From contig JALDZX010000015.1 in assembly GCA_022813865.1 (NCBI GenBank), positions 310,001 through 374,000 of the forward strand: a stretch of 64,000 bases of DNA. Reading direction: 5' to 3'. This DNA is from Xylographa opegraphella. Its lineage: Eukaryota. Within the stretch, counting starts at the first letter, position 1. Each line of letters begins with the position of its first letter. Below the pieces are notes generated by a model. The model was given only the letters and a program-made list of their open reading frames with translations, ran no database searches and was not told the origin of the DNA. The position numbers were made by a program, and so were the translations under genes. This document shows positions 12,491-25,133 of the stretch, piece by piece.

Positions 12491-13983
12491 GATTGGGTTT
12501 TTCTGGTTGTTTGGAGATGGGATTGAGCCGAATGGTTTTGAAGCTGTCTGGTAATCTGCAAAATCGAGGGAGCCGTCTCCGGGCCTTATAGTGTGTGCCA
12601 GAACCAGGTTTCGTGAAGCATTTCAGGGTCTATCGCCAAATGACGTCGTGGGCCGGGGTCGCGTGCTCGCCAATCTGGGTTTTGTACGGGGGCCAAACGG
12701 TGTCGGACCCCGGCTCAATTGCATCGGCGGCTTGCTCCCACGAACGTGGCGTCGTGCACGCGTATATGTCAGTCCGTGCTTTAGTAGCGCTCAGACTGGA
12801 ACAACGGAATAATTTTGCTCTGTTTGTCAAAAGCCTGTTTAAGCTCAATGTAGGTATGTTTCACAAATGGCCCGGAGATTGCTATCGTGGATCGTATCTT
12901 CGTCGCTCTCCGAAATGGGGTGGGCAGAGACAGGACTACCGGATGTGGCTTCATAGTGTGTTTGGACAGCTTTCCGCTCCTATACTCTTTGCTCAGAGAT
13001 CAGAGGCCCATCGAAACCGAACCGCTGTGGCTGTTGTGCAGTTTGTTGAAATTAGGGAAGGCTGCGGACTTCCGCTGGGTAATACGACAGCTACCCTGGC
13101 GAACCAGAAAGTGTTGAGCTCGCAGCTACGGTGTCCCATGTTCGAGAAGCCGGAGGGCACCAGTCATGGATTTGTCGGATATAACACCATTAAGTGTCAC
13201 TCCTATCACATACTTCGGCCATTGGAGACCATTACTGATGTTGGTAGGACAGTGTTACGTATTCCCCATGAGCCTCAGTACTGCTTAGTGAACCTGATGC
13301 CGAGGACCTAACGGCCTCGTACCACCGCACAGCCAGCAGGAGCGTTGTGCGAGTTGTGTCCTCTGTGGGGAATCATCGAGCCAATGCCACTTCATTACAG
13401 GATCGAGCGGGTCTGTTGCGGCTGTTGGAGGACTCCGCCAAGCGCGGTAGGGGTCCTTAGACCAAGGCCCGGCAACCGCCGAGCGAGCCAATCATGTTGC
13501 AGCTCTCGTGCTTCTCGTTCCTGCGCTACTGCACTCCGGCCAATCTGACCCACAATGTTTCTTCCGTCGGCACCCAACCCATGTTAGCCGTCTTCTCTCC
13601 GCCAAGCTCTCATCCCGGCCCACTCACAATCAAATCGGCTCCCTTTTCTCATCGCCTGAGCCCCTCACGCATTCACTTTTTCTTTCTTCTTAACCACCTT
13701 TATCACCCTTCCATTCTTACCCACCGTCCTCATTTCCTGCTGTCTCTGGTAGAGATTTACATTCCTTTTCCATCATTAGTCGTTCTTTTTAGAAACACTC
13801 TTTACGCGAACAGTGTTCGCAGACATTCGTTCTGTATCAGACCTGGAGCATTACCTCAAGTATCAGCACCGTCAATCACACCAAGCTTCGAAAACCGTCA
13901 CATATTACGAACACATCCAACCTTGCATCTCATCAGTCATTGTCGACTTCTGCACAGACTGGTAATAAACTTCATCACCGGCA

Positions 13984-15117
13984 ATGTTGACCAAATTGTC
14001 CGTCTTCCTTGTGGCCGGCTTGGTGGCTTTGAGCCAGGCTGCCGACCACAATGACCATGCATACCTCCACCATCGGCGCCAGACAAATGAAACCTCGAGT
14101 GCCGGAGATACCCTTGTGACAAGCACGGTATACACGACACAAGAGATCACCATCACCAGCTGTGCCCCGACAGTAACGGATTGCCCTGCCGAAGAGTCCA
14201 CGCATACTACCATTACTACCGTTACCGTGGCTGCGTATACGACTGTTTGCCCGGTCACCATGTCCCTGTCCCCATACTCATCTCCAGCAGTACCCGTCCC
14301 GGGTAGTCTGTCTTCTCTGATATCAACTGCAGCTGCAACGGCCGTCCCAACCTACGGAAGAGCTCCAATTGGTACCGCTCCTATGCCAGTCAGCTCAGGA
14401 AGTTCCTCCGGGAGCTCAAATGCCGCAGGCCCTGCTTCCAGTACAACTTTTGTGGTCGTGTCCCCAAACATGCCTCTCAGCACTGGGTATGCTGCCTCTT
14501 CCATGGCCGCAGAAACAGATGTCTTCAGCACTTCGACCTATGTCAGCGATTCGACTTTAACTTATACCCTTGGTGCCGGGTCTTCGACAACCATCGTCAC
14601 TACAGTGATCCAAGTCACTAGTACGGAAACTCTATACTCCACTGCGTATGCAACATCGGCTCCTGCAACCTCGAGTAACGTAGCCGGCTCTGCAAACTCG
14701 ATGGAACCTACGACAACCATCTCTTCGACAAGTACTACAACTATCTTCATCACCGTTCAGACTGCTGCCGCTACTTCGCTCAACGCAGCACTGCAGGGCA
14801 CGGCCACGAGTCTTCTTGAAGCGGCCACGGATGTAGCTTGCGCTACCCAGGAGACTGTAACCGTGACTGCACAATTCACGGTCACGGTTACTGCCGATGC
14901 GGGAGCTGGCTCGGCACCAACGTCGGCTCCGTCATCCCCAACTGCAGTGGATGAGCCTGTTTCTCCGAGCGCCGCACCTACCTTCACGAGTGCTCCAATA
15001 TGGGGGGGCAACTCGACCACCACTGCTGGCTGTGGTAGCACAGGCTTCGTCACCCTGACCTCGGCGTCCGCTGGGCCAAGCATCTACCGCCGAGGAAAGT
15101 ATCGTCGAGGCATTTGA
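13984..15117 (+). CDS. Secreted Ser/Thr-rich cell-wall or adhesin-like glycoprotein
   Basis: Signal peptide [19 protein letters not shown], dibasic HHRR|Q, flocculin-type motif [13 protein letters not shown]...AYTTVCP, S/T/A-rich body. Confidence 0.8.
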   Translation: MLTKLSVFLVAGLVALSQAADHNDHAYLHHRRQTNETSSAGDTLVTSTVYTTQEITITSCAPTVTDCPAEESTHTTITTVTVAAYTTVCPVTMSLSPYSSPAVPVPGSLSSLISTAAATAVPTYGRAPIGTAPMPVSSGSSSGSSNAAGPASSTTFVVVSPNMPLSTGYAASSMAAETDVFSTSTYVSDSTLTYTLGAGSSTTIVTTVIQVTSTETLYSTAYATSAPATSSNVAGSANSMEPTTTISSTSTTTIFITVQTAAATSLNAALQGTATSLLEAATDVACATQETVTVTAQFTVTVTADAGAGSAPTSAPSSPTAVDEPVSPSAAPTFTSAPIWGGNSTTTAGCGSTGFVTLTSASAGPSIYRRGKYRRGI

Positions 15118-16077
15118 GCGGTTAAGAGCTTTCGGGAATTGTTCCTTCTTCTTCTTCTTCTTCTTCGGTCTGCCCGACAACGATGTACGTGTCGGACGTG
15201 ATCATCTTTTGCATGCCCTTTTGTGTGGCTATGTTTGTGATATTGTCACCTTTGGACACGAGCAGGTGCTGGTGGACGAATGCTTCTCCGGTAGAAGATA
15301 TTGCCTTGGCCCACGAACATATTGTACAGATGTTGGATGATGCTATATATCATGCAAATAGCTATCAGATACCGTAGCCTCGGTTTAGCATATAAATTTC
15401 ACTGTGCATTGTGCCCTTGTATGCAACTGTAGGAATCCGAACGTCAAGTATTTGATCGTAATCAGCGCTCCTGTGAAGCCGTACTTCAGTTAGTAGGTAA
15501 CCCGACGTACTGGGGCTTTACATGTGGGTTTTACACATATCATGTACTTCAGAGTACCTCTGATATCAATTGTCCTTTTGTCCCAGTGGGCAAACCCTCC
15601 GTTAGTCCCCATGGCTTAAAGTACTTCGTCAAAGGTGCTTATTCAGCATTCTAGGACGTTCCAAATATTCTTTTGCTAATCGATACGGCGTAGGGTCACA
15701 CTTGCCTGCCGCCCGCGACCGAGGCGTGTCGTCATTCGTCAGATCCACAACCTCAATCCAAGCACGAACTCGAGTCAACGGTGTTCCCCCAGCCACCTTC
15801 ATTTCCATTTGGCAGTCTCTATCATTTTATCCCACATACGGAGTATTGTTCGTGTCCTCGGTGTTAGGATCACTGTCTTTATTGCATATATTCACGAACA
15901 AAAGTATTGTTGAGCTTTATTTCTCTCGCCTTAGTCAGTCGATGATCTCGTGCCTACCGTGAACGGCCAATCACCAAGCTCAAACGTCGTATATACTGAT
16001 CAACACGTTATCTCAGTCTTCAAACAGCTCACGAAACAGGACTACATTACACATAATAATCCCAAGCCACCAGTACC

Positions 16078-18897
16078 ATGCGGCAGACCTCTCTGCCGCC
16101 GTACCTGGACAGCTTCACACCACGACCATCGTGCGCTGCCTCAGACGACATGCAAGATCTCGTGATGGCCTCCGACGGCGAATCATGCGGTATGAATCCT
16201 CTACCGGCTCATATCGCAGCACGATTCTATCGTCCGTCCAAAACTCGGAGGAAGTCCTCGGCGACATCATCCCGCCGGAATTCGCTTTCCTCGCTGCATT
16301 CCAACAGAAGTACTCGATCGTCACATGGTGGCCCTCAAAGTACGCACATCGCTCAGCATCTACGCCGCGCATCCATAATAGAGAGCCGAAAAGCACGATT
16401 AGCAGATAAGGCCGCGCACGCTGAGCAAGTACGATTACGAGCTGCACTCGCCAAGGCTGCACCAAGGTTCTCCACCAAGGGTGAAGATCGTGCTCTTGCT
16501 GCGCAGCAGGCGCGGGAGCGATACTTAGCCCAAGTTGCCGCAAGTTGTGCAGACGAGGTCAAGCGGGCGAAGAAGGTCGCCGAAGATATGAGGGAGAAAA
16601 AGGCGGCCGAGCATCTGAAGCTCAAGGAAGGTATGGAAGAAAAGTTTGCGGATGCTGAGAAAAGGAGGTTACGATACCAACAGACTCCGAGACGAAGCAG
16701 ACTTTCTGCGCTTCAACCTGTAGAGGAGAAGAAATTCGTGCTGAACACATGGAAACCTCGAACCCAGGAAGCAGCCGTTCGGATCATACAAAAAGCTTGG
16801 CTGAACTTCAGAAGGGCAAAGATTGTCGAGCAATTTCTACAACTCCACTTGAGTATGGAAAGTGTGCAGAAGCAGAGCTTTGAAGAACTGTCGGCTTGTC
16901 TAGGTCAAGAGAATATTATTCACATGACGGCACGTGTTCTGAAAGTATGCGGTCTCCAAAACACGGTAGATGGCAAACTCGACGAGACCACAGATATACG
17001 AATCTTCCTTTCCGCTTTTCTCGTTTTTGGCCATCCACAGCATGTCTTGAGCCAAAACGGGGAGCAAGAGCGGGATCTCATCTGGAAGGCGAAACATCTT
17101 TTAATTTCGTTTGAACACCTCCTAAAAACCTCAACTGTTGGGCGCAAGTTCGTTCCGTACCCTGAACATGTTGCCTTGGTTGTTGAGGCATTTGTCGATT
17201 TCCAAACAGCCTTCATGGCGTGGAAAAACCACGACTCCTCAATTCTGGTCGGCACAATGGTTGCACAATTTGTCGAGCTTGATGCTATATGGCAAACCGT
17301 CAAAAATGATTCGGATGGTCATGTCGCGAACGATTACAAAGAAGGAATTCAACATAACCAGACAATGATATTAGTTCGGTTGAAAAGACTTGCTGGCCCT
17401 GAGAAAGCACTTGAATTGGTTCGTGAGGCGGTACAAGCACGACGCAAAAGCAAAGTCAAGAAGCAGCCTCGTGGAAATATGCCTCGAGGACTTGCTGGAG
17501 CGGAGTACGGGCAGTCTACAACTGCCACTATAGCACCACCATACACCGAAGTGCAGCATCGCCAGTTTGAGTTCTCGACGAAGGGTAATCATAATGATGT
17601 ATCCTTCCTTATCAGTCCTCTGCCATCGAATCGAGTCATCGTTCATGAACTAGCTATCAATAAAGAATACAGGGTTGTGGAAATACCACCGTCCGAGGCA
17701 CTACAGGAAGCAAGTCGTAAAATATTCAATCAAATGAGAAAAGATCTTGCAGAAGAATGCAACGATCTGTGGATACTCATGATGGCACGGACTGTTCGGG
17801 ACCGACTATTACGTGTGGTGACACCCGGAAACTCTCTGTACAACCTTATCTCCGATACCCTTGACCTTGATCTTATGAAGAGCCAACTCCAGGTTGGCAG
17901 CTTTTCATTCGAGAGATTCTTCTCTTTCATGAACACAATTCTACCAAAACTGTGTGCTCCAGTAAGAGATCCTGAGGTCAAAGCGTTGGCAGCCAGCCAG
18001 GGGGATTACATCTCGCGACTGGAGAAGCTCTTACACATTATCAATCTATTGTCACTCGATTTCACCAACCATCTACTTCGAGTCGTCGCTCCAGGGGTCA
18101 CTTCTCGAGCCGCCGAGTATGAAATGAAGTGCTTTGGCGACCAGATTATGAACAAGAAGCTCAAGAATGCCAATCGCTGGTGGCGCAAGGCACGTGAGCG
18201 GTTGTCCATCGAAGCGTCTCGCCGACAAGCAGACCCCACATATACCACCATCGTTCCTCAATTGACCTCGGACAAGATCTATACCCAAGGCCTGGTAGAC
18301 CTCTTTATCACGCTAACACCGTTGCAACCCGAAGAACTCCCGGAGACCCTCGAGCTGGACACAACCCGAATCAGCGGTATCCAAACCGACATGCTCCGCA
18401 TCGTCACCGTCAGCACGATCCTGCTGACGGCCAAAAACCTGTTGAAACGTGACATCCGCAGCCAGTGGAAAACGGAGGCTCAGCGCATGTGGGACGTCGC
18501 GACCGGCTTCGAGGCGTCGGCGCCCTACCTCTCCATCATCGAGTCCTCCCACGCCCTCCCACCGTCCACGAAGACCTCCCTCCTCGGCACGATCGACCGC
18601 GTGCTCGGCGACGCCCGGCACCCGCACACGTTCACCCAGCCAGTCATGAAGGTCCTGCTGCAGAAGATCCGGAACCACGTCATGAGCCGGCTGGCGGCCA
18701 GCAGCTCGGAGGAGCGCCTCCGCAGCACGACCACGGCCAGCGAGGTGCTCGGCGGCAGCGGCATGGCGGAGTTCGTCGGCAGGATCGGGGCCGTGGTGGA
18801 GGAGATGGCGAGTGTGAAGCGGGTCGATTGGGCGGCGCATGGGAAGTGGTTGGATGACGTTGCCGCCGAGGTCGCGGGTGAGGGTGCGGCGAGGTGA
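16078..18897 (+). CDS. TCP11/Sok1-family protein with IQ-like motif (start could be a downstream ATG at 16150 or 16192)
   Basis: 939-aa ORF: coiled-coil N-terminus, AVRIIQKAW, RIFLSAFLVFGHP, IVHELAIN, KLCAPVRD, LPETLELD. Confidence 0.85.
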   Translation: MRQTSLPPYLDSFTPRPSCAASDDMQDLVMASDGESCGMNPLPAHIAARFYRPSKTRRKSSATSSRRNSLSSLHSNRSTRSSHGGPQSTHIAQHLRRASIIESRKARLADKAAHAEQVRLRAALAKAAPRFSTKGEDRALAAQQARERYLAQVAASCADEVKRAKKVAEDMREKKAAEHLKLKEGMEEKFADAEKRRLRYQQTPRRSRLSALQPVEEKKFVLNTWKPRTQEAAVRIIQKAWLNFRRAKIVEQFLQLHLSMESVQKQSFEELSACLGQENIIHMTARVLKVCGLQNTVDGKLDETTDIRIFLSAFLVFGHPQHVLSQNGEQERDLIWKAKHLLISFEHLLKTSTVGRKFVPYPEHVALVVEAFVDFQTAFMAWKNHDSSILVGTMVAQFVELDAIWQTVKNDSDGHVANDYKEGIQHNQTMILVRLKRLAGPEKALELVREAVQARRKSKVKKQPRGNMPRGLAGAEYGQSTTATIAPPYTEVQHRQFEFSTKGNHNDVSFLISPLPSNRVIVHELAINKEYRVVEIPPSEALQEASRKIFNQMRKDLAEECNDLWILMMARTVRDRLLRVVTPGNSLYNLISDTLDLDLMKSQLQVGSFSFERFFSFMNTILPKLCAPVRDPEVKALAASQGDYISRLEKLLHIINLLSLDFTNHLLRVVAPGVTSRAAEYEMKCFGDQIMNKKLKNANRWWRKARERLSIEASRRQADPTYTTIVPQLTSDKIYTQGLVDLFITLTPLQPEELPETLELDTTRISGIQTDMLRIVTVSTILLTAKNLLKRDIRSQWKTEAQRMWDVATGFEASAPYLSIIESSHALPPSTKTSLLGTIDRVLGDARHPHTFTQPVMKVLLQKIRNHVMSRLAASSSEERLRSTTTASEVLGGSGMAEFVGRIGAVVEEMASVKRVDWAAHGKWLDDVAAEVAGEGAAR

Positions 18898-21028
18898 TTT
18901 TTGCGTTGTTGGCTGGGAATGGGGATTTTGTGGATCTGTGGGTTGGGGTGGGGAGAATGGACGAGGTTGTGGGCGTTGGGTGGGCGGCGTTGGCTACGGG
19001 ACGGGCATGTATGTATGGCTGGGAAGGGAGTGAGTGAGTGATGGATGGATGGATGGATCGTGTTCACGGCATGACGGGGCGAGAGGTACGGGATCGGTTT
19101 GGGTGGGATGGGGGTTGGGTTTGATACTGCTGCGTAGGTGTCAGTCTATGAATCCAAGATCTCTGTACGAAGTCGTTCCGTGCGTTTGTTGGTTGTAAGC
19201 AAGCTCCTGATGTGATCTTCCGAGGAGCTGGCTTTTTGATTTTTGCGAATAGGTATAAGGTAGCCTGTAAGCGGCAGCAGTCGCCCGGGTTTGGACTCTA
19301 GAGTTTTGGCTTTTGGCTTTTGAAGTCTGGATTTGTCGGTAATCTAAACGTGGGACTTTGGGAGAGGGATTTGGGGTTTGGGGTTTAGGGGGGGCGGGTT
19401 CATGTTGTTTTTGTTCTGGAACGTTTGCTGCTGCTTCACTCTGTGCTCGTGCAAATGCTTTGGCGTACGCGGGTGGTTCTTTTATGAGCACGAGCACGAG
19501 CACGCCGGCGACTTTTTTGCCTAGCATTCGCTTTCCCACCCCATGATTGTACGATGCGATTCACAACTGAAAACCTCGATGTCGTCGCGTGGAAGATTCT
19601 GCTGGCTTGCTTGGTGCGAGGTGAGGCGAGGCGCAGTGGCTTGGCATGAGCATAAGATACTCTACTAGGTAGGTAGAGTAGGTTCGGAAGGGGGTTGGAG
19701 GTATCTGCGTATAAGCTCATGTTCGCGGTGATGGACAGTGGTTGCTTTCTTGATGGAGGGACGCAGCCAGCTTGGTCCAGATTGCTTTGCTGGGCATTGC
19801 CTTATGCCTTTTCTCCGCAGGCGTTTGTGGGACGAGCTTCCAAGTATGTACTGTGTACGTACTCCCTGCGTATGCAATTCTCGTTGCGTGGATGCTTGGA
19901 GGCCCATAACCTTAATCGTCCCTAATCGGTCAACTTTTGCCGGCTGACAAGCACGGGGGCTCGGGGGTCGATTGGCGATTGGTGGATCCGGTCGTTGGAT
20001 GTGGCGCTAAGCAGGGATAAAGCTCGCAAGCGCTGCTTGCGGACGCTCTTTTGGATGAAAGCCGTTCAGAATTGCAAGCAGAGCCGCATTGGTAAACAGA
20101 CGAATCACATGACGCACGAGGTTGGCGTGTGCACATCTGTCCGCCAGTTCGTCGGAGTCGAAAGGTTGCATGCTTCGATGCGATCTATATACGGTAGATT
20201 ACAGGACATGACGGTGCCTCTATATTGCATCTGCACCGGGGCGTATTTATATCATGCGTTGCGCGGTTATGCACTCGTTGGCGGAGAATGGGGAGGAGAG
20301 AGTGGAGAGACGGGCAAGGCTACCCCCCGGGTGGGTGTGGACGCCACTGAATGCGCCTCATTTCATGCTGAGCGTTGGCTTGGATTGCCAAGGTGGAAAA
20401 CCTAGATTCTCGGGACTCGACTCTCAGATCTTGGCCTGGGTCATCGTGCTCAGTGGTGTGTTGTGAAGAATGCGATAGTTGTCGTTGTGAAGACTGTAAA
20501 TGGAACAGTCTGTATCGTAGTGGCGAGGAACAAAGTTGCTTGCCTGAGCCATCGTTACCTTACTCATTCGCTAACTCACACCTCTTCAGGGCGCGCGACC
20601 GATGACAAACACCATTAGCGCGATGCAGCATGGCACATGCCGATCCCTACCGACGAATCCCGTGTGCGCGCGCTATTCCCGGAGCGGCGTAACGCCCTTG
20701 GCATGTGTCAGCCTTGCGTCCAGCTGCAGTCCCGATTCGGCCCTCCTCGCCATCCTGGGCAGAGCGGGAAGCGAGCTGAGTGGGCCCGGTGCTGGCTGCG
20801 AGTGAGAGGGGGGGCGCCGATTCACTGCATGCCACTGCTTATTTGTACACCCTTCATTTCCACCTGCTTTTTTTTTTCTCCACCTTGTTTCCTGTTTGTC
20901 CAAAACTCCGAATTCAGCTGATTAATAATAAATCCTGCTTCACCACTGCCCCCCCGTGAATAGGTACTCTCCATCCTCGACAGCTTCTCGCATCCCTTCC
21001 CCATCGTTCGCGACACGCAACCGCCGCA

Positions 21029-21830
21029 ATGGACAAATTCCACAGCAACAACAAGGTCCTCCTGCCCCTCCGCGGTGTCGCCGTCCTTTTCGCGATCATC
21101 GAGCTCGGCCTCACCGCATACGGTCCATCACTCCGAACATGTGCTACGCAGATGCCGATCAACGACTGACAGCTGCGCAGGTGTCAGCATTTTCGATGTC
21201 ACCTACACGGATGGCATATACGACTACACCTCGAACGTGGGCTCCCTGAACTTCATGCTATTCAACGTGAGTCGTGCTCCCACTCCCAGCAATAACTATC
21301 CCGTCAAACTAAGCTGGTTGCTGCAACACAAGTCGCTGTGGTCCCTCCTCCTGCTCATCTACCTCTTCGTGACCCTCCGCTTCGCCAACTTCAGCCATCC
21401 GATCGTGACCTTCGTCCTGCTCCTCGTCACCTCCCTGTTCTGGTTCTCCGGCTTCATCGCCCTCGCCGTGTTCATCGGGCCGAATTGCTACGGCAATCAC
21501 CTCTGCCAGACCATCTCCGCCGCCGCAGCTTTCGGCGCCTTCTTATGGTGAAGCACCCCCCCACCCCCCTCCACCTGTTGAAAGGGAAAGGAAAGCGAGA
21601 ACGAGATTGGATCCACAACCTTCACGTTCGAACTTCCCTCCTCACTTCCTCACGAATTCCCCCCCCCCCGAAACCCAACCCTTCCCAAAGGCCGCATGCG
21701 TGACCAGCCCAGCTAACACGCTCAAACCAGGGTCATCTTCCTCATCGACGCCATCTTCGCCGGCATGCGCGCCTTCGGCGGCCACCGCAGCACCGGCCAG
21801 AATTTCGGCCAGCCGATGCAGACCGCTTAG
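21029..21830 (+). CDS. MARVEL-domain four-TM membrane protein, 4 exons
   Basis: LRGVAVLFAIIELGLTAY | ...NFMLFN | SLWSLLLLIY...FWFSGFIALA...CQTISAAAAFGAFLW | VIFLIDAIF...QTA*; typical fungal MARVEL pattern. Confidence 0.85.
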
Positions 21831-22482
21831 GGCATGCCGGTTGCGCTTTTTTCCCGGTCCGTTGACGATACAGTCTTTGGCTCTTGCGTATACCAACAGT
21901 GATTTACCGATAATGATGGTTTTCTTTTCATGGGATTGAAGTGGTCTGGATGCGGATAGAGCGTAATAGCGACTGAATATATTGGTGCATCCCTGTGCCT
22001 ATGGTGGCTACTGGCGCAATGAATACGTGCGGGCTCATGATGACCACAATGCCTTTGGTGTGAAAGTGCATGTCAGGTTTTTTTTGCAGTTGGTAGGTGT
22101 CCGTGTCGTGAAGGTTGAGGAATTGCTTTCCTCACTGCTTTCATCCTCGTGGCGCGTTCTCCACGCCCGTGTCGTGCCTTTTACGTTCTTCTATATATCC
22201 ATCCGCCACGCTACCTCATGTACCAGAGGCCTGCCTGCATTCTGCCGCCTTTAGCTCTCTTCCCTCACTCGCCGCACTTTGTTCTCTCCGCGAGAATTGT
22301 GTTTTCCGCGTCTTCTTAGACCGAAGGACGACCCTCCATTCCGCCTTTCCTCCTCGCCCGTTCCGCAACTCCCAACCGCTATGGCACTTTATCCACACCA
22401 CGTCCACTCCAGAGCCTGGCGCGCCGGGCTCTCCGCAGCTGGCTTCCTCTTCCTTGTCGCTCGCCGATGTGACTCCTGCTAG

Positions 22483-23226
22483 GCAATACTGCCCCGGGTC
22501 GGGGATGGATAGGTTTACGTGAGTGTGAGTTTGTTCGAGTCCATTGGGTGGTGCTATTCAGCGCCGTGGCTTGTCTACGAAAGGCCGGTGGGCGAGGTGG
22601 GGGGGTCTTTATCTACGCCCGCAACGCCTATGCGAACGCCTACGCGGACGCTTACTACGAGCTGTCGGCCCGCTGGGTGGAGCCAGAGTATCATCTCGAG
22701 CACGAGCCCCATCTGGACGCGCGCGACCTCGACGAGCAATATTTCGAAAAGCGGGGCGAGACCGAGGAGCAGCGTCAACGTCGGTTGCGGCTCGCGGCCG
22801 CGAAACCCGTCGCAGATCTCATCTCGCAAGCGCCCAACCCGTCGAAGGCGATCGGCGCCATCCAGAAGGCGGCGGCGGCGGTGATCGGTATGCTTGTCCT
22901 CTTTTGCCTCGTGCCTTTTTTCTATTGGCTTTATCGTGTTTCCACCCTCCCCGCCACCCCCCCCCTCCTTTTTTTTTGGGGAAGAGAATCCGCTGATTCC
23001 CCCTTCTTCCTACCTTTGTAGGATCATCGTCCGGGTCGAACCAGCCGAAGCCGGTGGTGCCCCGCCCGAAGCCGGTCCTCCCGCCACCGGAAAAGAAGAA
23101 GTCTTTAGCTCCGGTACTAACCGAGGAACAAAAGAAGTTACTACACCCGAAACCGCAGAAGAAGCAAAGGCGCTGAGAAGGATACGGGGAAGGGAGGGGT
23201 GTGTGGGGAGCAGGGCTTGGCGGTGA
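22483..23226 (+). CDS. Hypothetical multi-exon protein with propeptide-like AYANAYADAY...ARDLDEQYFEKR segment; 5' end unresolved
   Basis: GC3-rich exon ~22562-22887, donor GTATGC, acceptor TTTGTAG at ~23020 and an open last exon to 23226. Confidence 0.45.
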
Positions 23227-23792
23227 GTTTGGCTGACTGGAGGGGGGGTTGCCAAGGTGGGCACTGCGAGACTGTCTAGGAATAGGCGCATCAGAAGATT
23301 TGCTTTATTGGTACTGTACTTCTGCATTGTTGAACTTTGAGCCAGTGATAGAAGCATGTGAGAGACGAGGGCTGGAGACTCTCATTCATCATGTAAGGCT
23401 GCCGAATCCGGATCCTTGCCTACCTATGTGACTTTCAGCCCCGCTGTCTATATGTTTTCGCTGTACCCTGCAAGATTCGTCTTCAAGTCACACAGATATC
23501 GGCCTCGTGATAGGAAGCGCTCACATCATCGGCCATGGATTATGCTAGTTTCATGTAACACATTGCTAGTGCCCCTCGCAACTCAGTCTCTTGGCGTACT
23601 GAATACGGAGTATATATTCATAAGTTCGCCCAGGTCAAAACTTGGCGTCCTTCATAATTCCAAGGACAGCATCATCGGATCCAGCCTGCCAGCGGTTACA
23701 AGAAGCATCAAGCAGCGCCGGCGTAATTCGATCTCTAGAATTGATGCTACCATTCTCTGTCCTGCAATTATCCTTGTCTGTTAAGCCCACTA

Positions 23793-25133
23793 ATGGACGT
23801 GCTACCACTGGAGATCTTCTCCATCATCTTATTTAAAGTTAGGAATGCTTCAAGCGTCTCCTCGCTCGTTTCTTGTCTGCTGTGCTGCAAACGATGGCGT
23901 GACGCTACGTTACCAGTGCTTTATCGAGACGTACGGCTTTGCGATGCGAACGAGAAAGCGTTCTCAGAGAGGTTGGATCCAGCAAATGCTGCTCTCGTCA
24001 TGTCCTTGACTGTTTATCTTGATACTGGTCCCTCATTTCGGATCATACCAGCTCGAGATACCATGTCCCTCAACGACAGCCATGAGAGCACAGGAGCGGA
24101 GTATGTCTGGGACCACTTTCGCTGCCTTCCTGCTAAGATTCAAACTATGAAGATGTTGACCACTTTCTCCTTCACCATTTCAATTAAGGCAGAGGTTCCG
24201 GGATGGCATGGGCGGAGTCTAGCGGTGGCCCAACTCATTCAAAGTCTTCCGGAAACTTGCTCGAGTCTTGAAATCGATACCAGAGGTCTAGAGTTTGACC
24301 AGGATCAAAAGCCAGGTGAATTTCATTTTTGCAATGCAATCCGAGCTATGATGCCTCGTTTAAGGCATCTCCGGTTACGAGTAAGCATGCTATGTCCAAA
24401 TTTTTGTGGAGAACATGCTGCCATTACCGGCTCGGCTTTTGACATGTCACATTTCAAACTTACGGCCGCGCCAAACCTTGACACGCTTGTGGTTAATTGC
24501 ATGCCACACTCTCTTTTCCGCGACCACGTTCGACTTTGCAGGACTAACCAGCAGGCTCGACCTCTATTGACTGAATGTCTCCAGGCCCTTGTGAAGCAGA
24601 ACAAATATCCCAATAGCAAGCGCTTTTATATACTCGATTCGCAAGCACAAAACGATCCTGGTCATTCTATCTACGCTGCTTTCAACAGACGGGACGTTGT
24701 TCAGAACATAACGTGGACTATTCCTTTTCGCCAAGTCACCACTGCCAAAGACAGCTTCCTCACACGCATGCCCGATGGAGGCGAGTATCTTTCCGATCTC
24801 CCTACGATTGAGCAGTTGGCCGAAGGTGGGCTTTGGCAGGAAACGATGAACGGGATCCGTCTTCCCAATGCTGTTTTGGCTGAGCGAGATGCTGGAACGG
24901 CCGGCCGTACTCTGAGACACATCCGATACGAAAGCTCCCGCGATTGGAGAGCTCGGAACCCCAAGAAATCCTGCACACTATGGCGGAATGAAACATTGAC
25001 CGGAGTAACACTCTTGGGCGCCGAGAGGCGAGATGGCCTTAGCACCACACTACCTCTGGCGGAGAAGACTCCTCCTGGATGGGTCAGAGATGGGTGGGAT
25101 TTGAAGCCCGAAGAAGATACGTCCTCTTCATGA
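23793..25133 (+). CDS. F-box-like protein with degenerate leucine-rich repeats, intronless
   Basis: N-terminus LPLEIFSIIL...LVSCLLCCKRWRDATLPVLYRDVRL fits an F-box; LRR-like segments LPETCSSLEIDT, MPRLRHLRLRV, APNLDTLVVN. Confidence 0.8.
   Translation: MDVLPLEIFSIILFKVRNASSVSSLVSCLLCCKRWRDATLPVLYRDVRLCDANEKAFSERLDPANAALVMSLTVYLDTGPSFRIIPARDTMSLNDSHESTGAEYVWDHFRCLPAKIQTMKMLTTFSFTISIKAEVPGWHGRSLAVAQLIQSLPETCSSLEIDTRGLEFDQDQKPGEFHFCNAIRAMMPRLRHLRLRVSMLCPNFCGEHAAITGSAFDMSHFKLTAAPNLDTLVVNCMPHSLFRDHVRLCRTNQQARPLLTECLQALVKQNKYPNSKRFYILDSQAQNDPGHSIYAAFNRRDVVQNITWTIPFRQVTTAKDSFLTRMPDGGEYLSDLPTIEQLAEGGLWQETMNGIRLPNAVLAERDAGTAGRTLRHIRYESSRDWRARNPKKSCTLWRNETLTGVTLLGAERRDGLSTTLPLAEKTPPGWVRDGWDLKPEEDTSSS

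Noticed and set aside
19141..20900. Short ORFs between the TCP11-like and MARVEL genes
   Set aside because: No coding signature or family motif; no tRNA or other structured RNA recognised.
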